Positions 18,113 through 26,367 of a stretch of 64,000 bases of DNA are shown one piece after another. The notes under the pieces were generated by a model, which had not been told where the DNA came from, did no database searches, and saw only the letters and a program-made list of their open reading frames with translations. This DNA comes from an uncultured Oscillospiraceae bacterium (GTDB lineage Bacteria; Bacillota; Clostridia; Oscillospirales; Oscillospiraceae), in contig CAAFLE010000104.1 in assembly GCA_900763675.1 (NCBI GenBank), positions 9,599-73,598 of the forward strand, given 5' to 3'. The position numbers were made by a program, and so were the translations under genes. Each line of letters starts with the position of its first letter. Position 1 is the stretch's first letter.

Positions 18113-19492
18113 ATGTCAGACGAAGAAAAAATCGTTCCCGAAGCGGAAAATCCCGCGCCGGAGCCGCCTGCCGCGCCGGAGCGCCCGGCGAAGCCGGAAA
18201 AGAAGCCGGAGAAAACGCCGGGGAAAAAAACGGAGAAGCGACCGGCGCGTCCGGTCCGTCCGGCGCGTGCGGAAAAGAAGCCGGAGCCGAAAAAGGAAAA
18301 ACCGCAGCCACAGCCGGTACAAGCCGAGCTGGACCCGCGGGAGGCGGAGCGGGCGTATATGCCCATCCGTTCGCGGCGCGACGGGCGCATCGGCTGTATG
18401 GGCGGCATCATGTACGCGGCGTTCATCCTCTGCGCGAGCGTGCTGCTCGCCGTGTTCGGCTGGATGGCGGCGTCCGACGTGCTTGCGCTCAACAAGACCG
18501 CCGAGAGCGTGGAGATCACGCTGCCGGAAAGCGCCTTCACGCAGAAAACGGTGGATGTGACGGACGACGACGGCAACGTCACCGGAACAAAAACCGTCCG
18601 TGTGGCGGATATGAACACCGTGTCCGGCATATTGAAGGACTACGGTCTCATCAACTATAAGTGGCTCTTCCAGCTTTACTCGAAATTTTCCAATGCCGAA
18701 GCGCAGCTCAGCCCCGGAACGTATGCGCTCACGACGAATCTGGACTACCGTGCGCTCGTGAAGAAGATGCAGACGGGCGCGGACTCGCAGCTCCAGACGC
18801 TCGTCATGTTCCCCGAGGGGTACAATCTCGACCAGGTGTTTGCCAAGCTTGAGGAAAACGGCGTGTGCAGCAAGGACGATCTCTATACCGCCGCGGCGAA
18901 TGCCGAGTTCTCGTATGCCTTTTTGGAGGGCGTGGAGACAGGCGATCCGTACCGGCTCGAAGGCTTCCTTTTCCCGGATACGTACTATTTCTATCAGGGA
19001 ATGCAGGCGTCGAGCGCCATCAACAAGTTCCTCTCCAACCTCCATTACCGCATTACGGACGAGATGTGGCAGAAGGCGCAGGCGATGAACCTTACGTTCC
19101 GGCAGGTGATCACGGTCGCCTCGCTCATCGAACGCGAAGCGGCGAACGACGCCGAACGCGCCACGATCGCCTCGGTCATCTATAACCGTCTGAACGTCGG
19201 AATGCCGCTCCAGCTTGACTCCACGGTCGTGTACGCGCTGCGCGATACTGGCGAGACGACGATGTCCGTCGAGCTGATCCAGTCTACCGACAGCCCATAC
19301 AACACGTACCTCTATCAGGGGCTGCCGCCCGGACCGATCTGCAACCCCGGCATGAAGTCCATCGAAGCGGCGCTCAACCCGGAGCAGACAAACTATTACT
19401 ACTTTGCGCTGAACATGGAAACGAAGAGCATGGAGTTTTTCACCACGCTTGAGCAGCACGAAGCCTTTGTAGCGACGCAGGATTACGGATAA
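18113..19492 (+). CDS. mltG: Endolytic murein transglycosylase MltG (YceG-like) with a Lys/Pro/Glu-rich N-terminal extension
   Basis: One TM segment followed by a YceG domain (EGFLFPDTYYF, VITVASLIEREA, ASVIYNRL, LQLDSTV, YNTYLYQGLPPGPICNPG). AAGGAGAG precedes the ATG at 18113. Confidence 0.9.
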   Translation: MSDEEKIVPEAENPAPEPPAAPERPAKPEKKPEKTPGKKTEKRPARPVRPARAEKKPEPKKEKPQPQPVQAELDPREAERAYMPIRSRRDGRIGCMGGIMYAAFILCASVLLAVFGWMAASDVLALNKTAESVEITLPESAFTQKTVDVTDDDGNVTGTKTVRVADMNTVSGILKDYGLINYKWLFQLYSKFSNAEAQLSPGTYALTTNLDYRALVKKMQTGADSQLQTLVMFPEGYNLDQVFAKLEENGVCSKDDLYTAAANAEFSYAFLEGVETGDPYRLEGFLFPDTYYFYQGMQASSAINKFLSNLHYRITDEMWQKAQAMNLTFRQVITVASLIEREAANDAERATIASVIYNRLNVGMPLQLDSTVVYALRDTGETTMSVELIQSTDSPYNTYLYQGLPPGPICNPGMKSIEAALNPEQTNYYYFALNMETKSMEFFTTLEQHEAFVATQDYG

Positions 19493-19498
19493 TGCTAA

Positions 19499-19526
19499 CC
19501 TCCCCTTGGAAACAAGGGGAGGTTTT
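19499..19526 (+). terminator. Intrinsic terminator after mltG (third copy of the CTCCCCTTG hairpin)
   Basis: CCTCCCCTT-GGAAAC-AAGGGGAGG followed by TTTTA. Confidence 0.7.
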
Positions 19527-19529
19527 ATG

Positions 19530-19558
19530 TTGTCAATGCAAAGTCAGCGTGGTATAAT
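19530..19558 (+). promoter_or_regulatory. Promoter for ylmH
   Basis: TTGTCA, 17 nt, TATAAT with an extended -10 TG. The -10 box ends 7 nt before the ATG at 19566. Confidence 0.55.
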
Positions 19559-19565
19559 CGTTTGC

Positions 19566-20309
19566 ATGGAAACAAACGATCTTATCCGGCGTGCAGAGGA
19601 TCTTGCCGCACGCTGCGAGCGCACCGGCGCCGTGACGGTGACCGCCTTTTTAACGCCCGCCGAGCGCATGGAGCTGCAGAACGCCCCGACGCTTCGCTCC
19701 GCCGCGGCGGTCTATTCCGGCGGCGGTACGGAGTGCGAGCGGACGTGCGCCTTTTTCCTCCCGTTTTACCTGACGCCGGAGGAGTTTGACGCCGCGGAAT
19801 ACATCTCCGCGGTGCATTTCCGCAGCTATTTCGGCGAGCCGGGACACCGCGATTATCTCGGCGCACTGCTCGCGCTCGGCGTCCGCCGCGAATGGGTGGG
19901 GGACATCCGCATCCGGGGCGAGGAGGCATGGGTGTTCTGTCTGCCGAGCGTCGTTAAAACGCTCTCCGAGCTGGACCGCGCCGGACGGTACACCGTCCGC
20001 GGCGAGGAATGCCCGCTCTCCGCCGTGCCGGAGGAAGAAGTAAAAACCGAGACCGTGAGCTTCACGGTGCAGAGCCTGCGGCTCGACGCCGTAACGGCGG
20101 GGCTTTTTCATCTTTCCCGCACGGCGTCGGCGGAGCTGATCCGGCTCGGCAGCGTGTCGCTCAACTATCAGCCGTGCCTGCACCCGGACGCCGCCATCCG
20201 TGACGGCGACGTTATTTCCGTGCGCGGCAAGGGAAAGGGAACCGTCTCCGACACCGGAGGGCGCTCCCGCAAGGACCGCATTTTCGTCACCGCCGAACGG
20301 CGGGTCTGA
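19566..20309 (+). CDS. ylmH: YlmH-like S4-domain RNA-binding protein
   Basis: YlmH-like N-terminus (LIRRAEDLAARCERTGAVTVTAFLTPAE) and a C-terminal S4-like domain (RLDAVTAGLFHLSRTASAELIRLGSVSLNYQ). The start at 19566 follows from the promoter geometry; the ATG at 19527 is the alternative. Confidence 0.75.
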   Translation: METNDLIRRAEDLAARCERTGAVTVTAFLTPAERMELQNAPTLRSAAAVYSGGGTECERTCAFFLPFYLTPEEFDAAEYISAVHFRSYFGEPGHRDYLGALLALGVRREWVGDIRIRGEEAWVFCLPSVVKTLSELDRAGRYTVRGEECPLSAVPEEEVKTETVSFTVQSLRLDAVTAGLFHLSRTASAELIRLGSVSLNYQPCLHPDAAIRDGDVISVRGKGKGTVSDTGGRSRKDRIFVTAERRV

Positions 20310-20329
20310 TATACAAAGGAGGAAAAACC

Positions 20330-22120
20330 ATGATCCCTGAAAGACTTGCCCGGCTGCGCCGGGAAATGGAGCAGCGCCGTATCGACGTTTATGTTGTCCC
20401 GACGGCGGACTTTCACGAGTCCGAATATGTCGGCGACCATTTCAAAGCCCGTTCGTACATCACCGGCTTCACCGGCAGCGCCGGCACCGCGGTCGTCACG
20501 GCGGCGGAAGCCGGACTTTGGACGGACGCCCGCTATTTCCTTCAGGCGAGACGTCAGCTGGAAAATACCGGCGTAACGCTCTACCGCATGGGCGAAGAGG
20601 GCGTGCCGACGCTCATGGAATATCTGCGCACGGCGCTGCCGGAGGGCGGGACGCTCGGCTTTGACGGCCGTGTCATCAACGCCCGTCTCGGCGCGGCGTT
20701 TCTTGCGCTGGCAAAGGAGAAAAACGCCAAGCTCGCCGTCGGCGAAGATCTTGTCGGCATCATCTGGGACGACCGCCCCGCGCTGCCGCAGGGCAAGGTC
20801 CGCATTCTCACGGCGGAATACGCCGGACGCTCCGCGCAGGATAAGCTTGCGGCAGTGCGCGGAGAGATGAAGAAGCAGGGCGCAGGCGTGCATCTGCTCA
20901 CGTCGCTTTACGACATCGCGTGGCTTCTGAACGTCCGCGGCGGCGACATCGAGTATGTGCCGGTCGTGCTGTCGTACCTTGCGCTCACGGAAAAGAACTG
21001 CTTCTGGTTCGTGCAGGACGCGATCCTCACGCCGGAGCTGCGGGACTATCTCGCGTCTGTCGGCGTGGAAACGCGCCCCTACGAGAGCTTCTATGCCTAC
21101 GCCGCCGCCATCCCCGCCGGGGAGACGGTGCTGCTCGACAAGGGCGTATGCAACTACCGCCTTGTCTCGGAGCTTGCCGAGGGCGTTAAGACCGTGGACG
21201 AGACGAATCCCTCCACGATCATGAAAGCGGTCAAAAACGAGACCGAACAGAAAAACACGGTCAACGCCCACATCAAGGACGGCGTCGCCGTGACGAAGTT
21301 TATTTACTGGCTCAAGAAGAACATCGGCAAAGTCCCCATGACGGAGCTTTCCGCCTCCGACTATCTCGCCGCCCGCCGCGCCGAGCAGGACGGCTATCTT
21401 GATCTGAGCTTTGATACGATCTGCGCCTACGGAGCGCACGCCGCGATCATCCACTATGCGCCCACGCCGGAGACGGACATCCCGCTGGAAGCGCACGGAC
21501 TGCTGCTCGTAGACTCCGGCGGACACTATCTCGAAGGCACGACCGACATCACCCGCACCATCGCGCTCGGACCCGTGACGGACGCCGAACGCGCCGACTT
21601 CACCCGCGTTCTCCGCTCGCACCTGCATCTGGCGAACGCCCGCTTCCTCCATGGCTGCACGGGGCTGAATCTCGACATCCTTGCCCGCGAGCCGCTGTGG
21701 GAGGCGGATATGGACTATAAGCACGGCACCGGTCACGGCGTCGGACACATCCTCAACGTCCACGAGGGACCGAACGGCTTCCGCTGGAAGCAGTCGCCGG
21801 AGCGCAGCGAAGGCAGCGTCCTTGAAGAGGGCATGATCACGACCGACGAACCGGGACTGTACATCGAGGACGCCTACGGCATCCGCATCGAGAGCGAGCT
21901 TCTCTGCCGCCGCGGCGTGAAAAACGAGTTCGGACAGTTCATGTACTTCCAGAATCTCACCTGTGCGCCGATCGACCTCGACGCCGTGGACGTGAACGCT
22001 CTCACCTCCACGGAGCGCCGCTGGCTCAACGAGTACCATGCCGCCGTGTATGATACCGTCGCGCCGCACCTTGCCGAGGACGAGCGCGAATGGCTGCGCG
22101 GCGCCACCCGCGCCATTTAA
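20330..22120 (+). CDS. Xaa-Pro aminopeptidase (M24B family)
   Basis: Creatinase/prolidase N-terminal domains plus the M24 metal site blocks (LVDSGGHY, DITRT, HGTGHGVGHILNVHEGP, EPGLY). Confidence 0.9.
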   Translation: MIPERLARLRREMEQRRIDVYVVPTADFHESEYVGDHFKARSYITGFTGSAGTAVVTAAEAGLWTDARYFLQARRQLENTGVTLYRMGEEGVPTLMEYLRTALPEGGTLGFDGRVINARLGAAFLALAKEKNAKLAVGEDLVGIIWDDRPALPQGKVRILTAEYAGRSAQDKLAAVRGEMKKQGAGVHLLTSLYDIAWLLNVRGGDIEYVPVVLSYLALTEKNCFWFVQDAILTPELRDYLASVGVETRPYESFYAYAAAIPAGETVLLDKGVCNYRLVSELAEGVKTVDETNPSTIMKAVKNETEQKNTVNAHIKDGVAVTKFIYWLKKNIGKVPMTELSASDYLAARRAEQDGYLDLSFDTICAYGAHAAIIHYAPTPETDIPLEAHGLLLVDSGGHYLEGTTDITRTIALGPVTDAERADFTRVLRSHLHLANARFLHGCTGLNLDILAREPLWEADMDYKHGTGHGVGHILNVHEGPNGFRWKQSPERSEGSVLEEGMITTDEPGLYIEDAYGIRIESELLCRRGVKNEFGQFMYFQNLTCAPIDLDAVDVNALTSTERRWLNEYHAAVYDTVAPHLAEDEREWLRGATRAI

Positions 22121-22128
22121 GAAAAAAA

Positions 22129-22164
22129 CCGCTGCATCCGAGCTTGCCGGATGCAGCGGTTTTT
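22129..22164. terminator. Bidirectional intrinsic terminator
   Basis: CCGCTGCATCCG-loop-CGGATGCAGCGG, with an A-run before and TTTTT after, between convergent genes. Confidence 0.75.
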
Positions 22165-22169
22165 GCCGT

Positions 22170-22799
22170 TCAGGAGAATTTCGCGGCGAGAGAGGAGACG
22201 TTCACCAGCCCCGCGAGCAGCCAGCAGACAACGGCGGTCGGGAGCGCGGTCACGGCGTCGATGACCATGTGCTGCTTTACGAGCATTGTCGAGGCGACGA
22301 TGGCGAGCGACCACGCGATGATGAGGAGCCGTACCCACAGCGGCAGAACAGGCGCGGCGAGCGCCGCAAACGCGAACAGGAACGACACCGAGCAATGCAC
22401 GCTCGGCGCACAGTTGAGAAAGCGGTGGTTCGCGCCGTACACCGTGCGCATACAAAAGCCGGTCAGACCCTTGTCCGGCGGCACGGGACGCTGAAACGTT
22501 GTCGGGTAGATGAGATAGATGACGTTGCTCAAAAGCTGGTCGATGCAGTGCGCGAGAATGTATTTGAGAGAAAGCTCCGGCGCAACGATGTTGAGCAGCA
22601 GCGGCACGCCGAGAAGCAGCACGAACCAGGAGCTGTAAACATAGATCCAGCCGGGGCGGAACGGGATGCGCTCGTCAAGCGCTCCGCCGACGGTGTGCGG
22701 CTCGCCCTCAAGATACTGCGAACCGAAATACAAAACCAGATGAAAGACCATCATCCCCGCCCAGAGGAGAAAGAAAATGCCCCAGCGAATGAGAACCAC
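22170..22799 (-). CDS. PAP2_C / sphingomyelin-synthase-like membrane phosphatase family protein
   Basis: Polytopic protein with APSVHCSVS and KQHMVIDAV blocks, which resemble the C-terminal PAP2 motifs. GTG start without a clear SD, so the start is uncertain. Confidence 0.6.
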   Translation of the reverse strand: MVLIRWGIFFLLWAGMMVFHLVLYFGSQYLEGEPHTVGGALDERIPFRPGWIYVYSSWFVLLLGVPLLLNIVAPELSLKYILAHCIDQLLSNVIYLIYPTTFQRPVPPDKGLTGFCMRTVYGANHRFLNCAPSVHCSVSFLFAFAALAAPVLPLWVRLLIIAWSLAIVASTMLVKQHMVIDAVTALPTAVVCWLLAGLVNVSSLAAKFS

Positions 22800-22895
22800 C
22801 CCATTAAAAATTTGCTTTACGGATTATTATAGAGCAATTTCCTTATTTTTCAACCGTTTCTTCCGCTAAAAAACTGCTACAGATTTCAAGATGTG

Positions 22896-23174
22896 TCATC
22901 GCTCCCTGTCGAGAAACCGCCAGAGCGTCCAGCGATGCGCCCGCACGCCGTAGCGCAGCTCAAAGCACCGCAGCCTGCCGTCCAGCAGCGCCAGACAGAC
23001 GAACCGGATGGATTCAACGCCCATGAGCCGGATATCCTCCCGGCGGCGTATTTCACGGATGCGCACCGTAATGCGCTCGCCGCTCTCCGTTTCCAGCCGG
23101 AACCGCGCCGGGGAAAGCTCTCCGTCCGGCGAGCATACGGCGATCATTTCCAGCGGCGTATTCAGCGCGTCCAT
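22896..23174 (-). CDS. Small hypothetical protein divergent from the S24 repressor
   Basis: AGGAGG lies 8 nt before the ATG at 23174 (MDALNTPLEMIAVCSPDGELSPARFRLETE...). I recognise no motif. Confidence 0.5.
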   Translation of the reverse strand: MDALNTPLEMIAVCSPDGELSPARFRLETESGERITVRIREIRRREDIRLMGVESIRFVCLALLDGRLRCFELRYGVRAHRWTLWRFLDRER

Positions 23175-23212
23175 CGCCAAATCCTCCTAACAAGCGATTT
23201 TCTTTATTATAA

Positions 23213-23252
23213 TTCGCTTATTAAGCGAAATCAAGCGGAAAATTTTCGCTTA
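23213..23252. promoter_or_regulatory. Candidate operator sites (TTCGCTTA half-sites) in the divergent promoter region
   Basis: Perfect 8-1-8 palindrome TTCGCTTAtTAAGCGAA at 23213-23229 and a third TTCGCTTA at 23245-23252. An AAGCGAT half-site-like copy lies at 23192-23198. Confidence 0.45.
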
Positions 23253-23337
23253 ACAGGAGAAAATCCCTTGCGTTTTCCGGCGGCAGCCGGTATTATTTAT
23301 TTATAAATAGAAATCATCCACAGAAAGGAGACCGGAT

Positions 23338-23937
23338 ATGGACGACAACAGCTTTGGCGCCCGTCTGGCGTCGGCGCGGCGTGCCGCGGGATACAATCAG
23401 ACGGAGGTTGCGGAGTATATCACCGCGGCGGGCTTCCCGGTGCGGACGCAGGCGGTGAGTAAGTGGGAGCGCGGCACAACGCTGCCGAGCGCCCGGCAGC
23501 TTGTGGAGCTGTGCCGGCTTTATCATATCCGCGATGTGGTGTCGGCGTTCTCCCCGGCGGAGGAAAAGCGCACGGTGCGCACGCTTCCGCTCTACCGGCT
23601 GGCGGTGTCCGCCGGTACGGGCGAGCTGCTTGACGGCGCGGATTACGAACCCGTGGAGGTCGGCGACGAGGTGTCGCCCGCGGCGGATTTCGGCGTGCGC
23701 ATCGCCGGGGACAGCATGGAGCCGCACTTTGTCCACGGGCAGATCGTCTGGGTCCGGCGGCAGGAGACGCTGCGCTCCGGCGAGATCGGCATTTTCCTGT
23801 ATAACGGCGCGGGCTACTGCAAGCGACTGGAGCGCTCGCCCGGCCGTGTGGAGCTTGTGTCGCTCAACCCGCGCTACGCGCCCATCCGCGTAACGGCAGG
23901 GGACGAGCTGCGCGTGTTCGGGCGCGTCGTCGGATGA
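23338..23937 (+). CDS. XRE-HTH / S24 peptidase repressor (LexA/CI-like)
   Basis: N-terminal HTH (LASARRAAGYNQTEVAEYI...AVSKWERG). The C-terminal S24 domain has the Ser nucleophile in GDSMEP and a Lys in CKRL. AAAGGAG is the SD. Confidence 0.85.
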   Translation: MDDNSFGARLASARRAAGYNQTEVAEYITAAGFPVRTQAVSKWERGTTLPSARQLVELCRLYHIRDVVSAFSPAEEKRTVRTLPLYRLAVSAGTGELLDGADYEPVEVGDEVSPAADFGVRIAGDSMEPHFVHGQIVWVRRQETLRSGEIGIFLYNGAGYCKRLERSPGRVELVSLNPRYAPIRVTAGDELRVFGRVVG

Positions 23938-23938
23938 C

Positions 23939-23967
23939 TTGCTTTTTCCGCGCCGCTCCGGTATAAT
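23939..23967 (+). promoter_or_regulatory. Promoter for the PAP2-barstar gene
   Basis: TTGCTT, 17 nt, TATAAT. Confidence 0.5.
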
Positions 23968-24017
23968 GCCAAAGATAGCCAGCAGGAAATTACGTATAAG
24001 AAAAAGGAGTCCGGACT

Positions 24018-25100
24018 ATGCAACTCACGGCTCTGGCGCTATGGCTGAATACCGCGTTCGCCGGCTTTGACGAAGCGGTCGCCACCGCGATCCATCAGCT
24101 CTATGTCGCCGCCGGGTGGTTTTTCACCCCGTTCCTATCGTTCATTTCGCTTCTCGGCAAGGGCGGCATCTTTCTGATCCTGCTCTCGATCGTTCTGATG
24201 CTTTTCCGCAAAACGCGGCGCTACGGCACAACGATGCTTTTGGCGCTTGCCATCGGCGCGTTGGTGACAAACGTGTGCTTCAAGCCGCTTGTCGCCCGCC
24301 CGCGGCCGTATACGCACGACGGAAGCATATTCCAGCAGTACTGGGAGATGCTCGGCAAGCACACCGAAAGCGACAAGAGCTTTCCCTCCGGTCATATGAC
24401 CGCCGCGATGGCGGCGTCGCTCGCGGTGTTTCTCCGCGGCAACCGGAAAGTCAGCTGGACGGCGCTGCTGTTCGCGCTGGCGATGGGCGTTTCGCGCGTT
24501 TATCTCAGCGTTCACTATGCCACCGACGTACTCGGCGGCGTGATCACCGGCTCGATCGGCGGCTTTGCGGGATATGCGATCTCCAACCGCATTCCGGAGA
24601 GCTTCTATACCGCCGATCTGCGCGACTATCTTCCGACCGGAAGGGGGAAAAAAGGCGGCGCTGCCCGGAAAGCCCCGGCGGCGGAAGTGCCGTCCGACGG
24701 CAGACGCCGCACCCTTGTGATTGACGGGGCGAACTTCTCCACGATCGACGGGCTGTTCCGCGAATTCAACCGTCTCTTTGACGTCGGACCCGAGGACGCC
24801 GTGCGCAGTCTCGATGCACTCAACGATCTGCTTGGCGGCGGCATCGGCGTGATCCCCGCCGGGACACGGCTGCACATCCGCTGGCTGAACTCCGAAAAGA
24901 GCCGCGAGGACTTTGGCTACGGCGCTACGGTGCTGTACTATGAAAAGCTCCTGCGCCGCTGCCACCCGAACAACCGCCCGCGCATGGAGGAGCTGCTTGC
25001 CGCGGCACGCCGCGGCGAAGGGGAGACGCTTTTTGAAAAGCTCACCGCCCTCATCGCCCGCACCGACACCGGTCACGACTGCACACTTTCTCTGGAATGA
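24018..25100 (+). CDS. PAP2-family membrane phosphatase fused to a C-terminal barstar-like domain
   Basis: PAP2 motifs KPLVARPRP, FPSGH and SRVYLSVHYATDV in the TM-rich N-terminal 200 aa. After a Lys/Gly/Ala linker, the tail RRTLVIDGANFSTIDGLFREFNRLF...SLDALNDLLGG...LHIRWLNSEKS aligns by eye with barstar ([24 protein letters not shown]...NLDALWDCLTG...LEWRQFEQSK). Confidence 0.8.
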   Translation: MQLTALALWLNTAFAGFDEAVATAIHQLYVAAGWFFTPFLSFISLLGKGGIFLILLSIVLMLFRKTRRYGTTMLLALAIGALVTNVCFKPLVARPRPYTHDGSIFQQYWEMLGKHTESDKSFPSGHMTAAMAASLAVFLRGNRKVSWTALLFALAMGVSRVYLSVHYATDVLGGVITGSIGGFAGYAISNRIPESFYTADLRDYLPTGRGKKGGAARKAPAAEVPSDGRRRTLVIDGANFSTIDGLFREFNRLFDVGPEDAVRSLDALNDLLGGGIGVIPAGTRLHIRWLNSEKSREDFGYGATVLYYEKLLRRCHPNNRPRMEELLAAARRGEGETLFEKLTALIARTDTGHDCTLSLE

Positions 25101-25118
25101 AATAGGAAAAACCCAATA

Positions 25119-25175
25119 CGCCCTCCGTGAGAGACAGCATACAAGAGCTGTCGATCACGGAGGGCGCTTTTTTTT
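25119..25175 (+). terminator. Intrinsic terminator (long hairpin + T8)
   Basis: CGCCCTCCGTGA ... TCACGGAGGGCG with an inner ACAGC/GCTGT stem, followed by TTTTTTTT. It abuts the stop of the convergent GntR gene. Confidence 0.75.
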
Positions 25176-25926
25176 ATTCCATGGTGTACGGAAGATAGAT
25201 TTTTAAATCCAGATTGCGCTGGTGGGTGAATACCGAACCCATTGCCATCTGCTGGTTCCGTTCGCAGATGGCGCTGTAGAGCTGATGGTGGAGCTGATAG
25301 GGATGATCCTTGGAGAAATGGTGTGTTCCCGATTGGGTGCGGTCGAAAAAGCTCTTGTAGGTGAGCCATACCTGCTGGATGATGCGCACGCGATTGATCT
25401 GCCATGCATTGATGAGGTACGGATTCCGGCACATTTTGCTCAGCCGGTCGTGGAACGCCATCTCCACGTCTACGAACCGGCGGATGTCGTCGTCTCCCGG
25501 GGCGGCAGTAAGATCAATTTGACGGAAGCCCTCCAGCAGCCTGCCCAGCTCGGCGAGATCGTCCTCGGTAGCGTATTTTGTGGCGAGCTTTACGGTGAAC
25601 GGCTCCAGCATCTCCCGGAAAATCACAATGTCGTGCAGCGTTTCCATGGCCGGCTTGGCGGCAATGTAGCGGCTGTGTTCGTCCAGCGAGATCCAGTTTT
25701 CCTTGCGCAGACATTCCAGAGATTTGATCACCGTTGTGCGGCTGAGACCCAATGCATTTGCGAGCGGATAAACGTTGATGACCGTTTTCGGCGCGATGCG
25801 GTCGTTGGCAAGAAAAATCTGCAAAGCTGAGTTCAGATTTTCATAGGCAAAGGCAAAGGGATTTTGCTCCTGCTGCTCCTGGAATATATCAATCAAACGT
25901 TTTTCACGCATGAGCCTTTTCTCCAT
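25174..25926 (-). CDS. GntR-family regulator with FCD (FadR C-terminal) ligand-binding domain
   Basis: HTH block NVYPLANALGLSRTTVIKSLECLRKENWI and an all-helical C-terminal domain. Start ambiguous between 25926 and 25911; the latter has GGAGAAAAGG about 9 nt upstream. Divergent from the OFOR operon. Confidence 0.8.
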   Translation of the reverse strand: MEKRLMREKRLIDIFQEQQEQNPFAFAYENLNSALQIFLANDRIAPKTVINVYPLANALGLSRTTVIKSLECLRKENWISLDEHSRYIAAKPAMETLHDIVIFREMLEPFTVKLATKYATEDDLAELGRLLEGFRQIDLTAAPGDDDIRRFVDVEMAFHDRLSKMCRNPYLINAWQINRVRIIQQVWLTYKSFFDRTQSGTHHFSKDHPYQLHHQLYSAICERNQQMAMGSVFTHQRNLDLKIYLPYTME

Positions 25927-26135
25927 TTCTTTTGCAATTGCCTTTTTTGAGGTGCAATTTGTCATAAGCTGTCGGCGAAATGACGGCAAAAAGTATAATA
26001 AATCGAAAGCGATGTGGCGAAAACACCGAAAAATAAAACGGATTGCACTTTTTTAGGACAATCTGCCCCGGCTTTGCTTTAACTATACTTAACCATACGG
26101 CTTTGGAATTGTCAACTTGAAAGGGAGGTTTCCTC

Positions 26136-26348
26136 ATGGGAAAAATCGTTGTGGACATGAGCATATGCAAGGGCTGCGGCTACTGTGTGCAGTTTTGTCC
26201 CGCCCACGCCATCCGTATAGGCGATAAGCGAAACACAAGCGGCTATGGGAATCATTGCGCCGAACCGGTGGAAGGAGCCAAGTGCGTCGGCTGTGCGGTC
26301 TGCGCCATTGTGTGTCCGGACACGGCGATCACGGTATACAAGGAATAA
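26136..26348 (+). CDS. 2-oxoacid:ferredoxin oxidoreductase delta subunit (2x[4Fe-4S] ferredoxin)
   Basis: Two CxxCxxCxxxCP motifs (CKGCGYCVQFCP, CVGCAVCAIVCP). AAGGGAGG is the SD. Confidence 0.85.
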   Translation: MGKIVVDMSICKGCGYCVQFCPAHAIRIGDKRNTSGYGNHCAEPVEGAKCVGCAVCAIVCPDTAITVYKE

Positions 26349-26367
26349 GAGAAAGGACGGTTTTGCT

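Noticed and set aside
17686-18630. 314-aa minus-strand ORF covering the microprotein locus and the mltG start.
   Set aside because: It is in a different frame from the SD-preceded 48-aa ORF, is antisense to mltG, and is Ala/Ser/Gly/Arg-rich low-complexity sequence.
20168-22069. 633-aa minus-strand ORF.
   Set aside because: It is antisense to the M24 Xaa-Pro aminopeptidase. It is Arg/Gly/Ala/Val-rich with no recognisable domain.
25990-26135. Possible GntR operator in the divergent region (GACAAT ... ATTGTC about 45 bp apart).
   Set aside because: The half-sites are too far apart and too short to distinguish from chance. The regulator's site cannot be called from the sequence alone.
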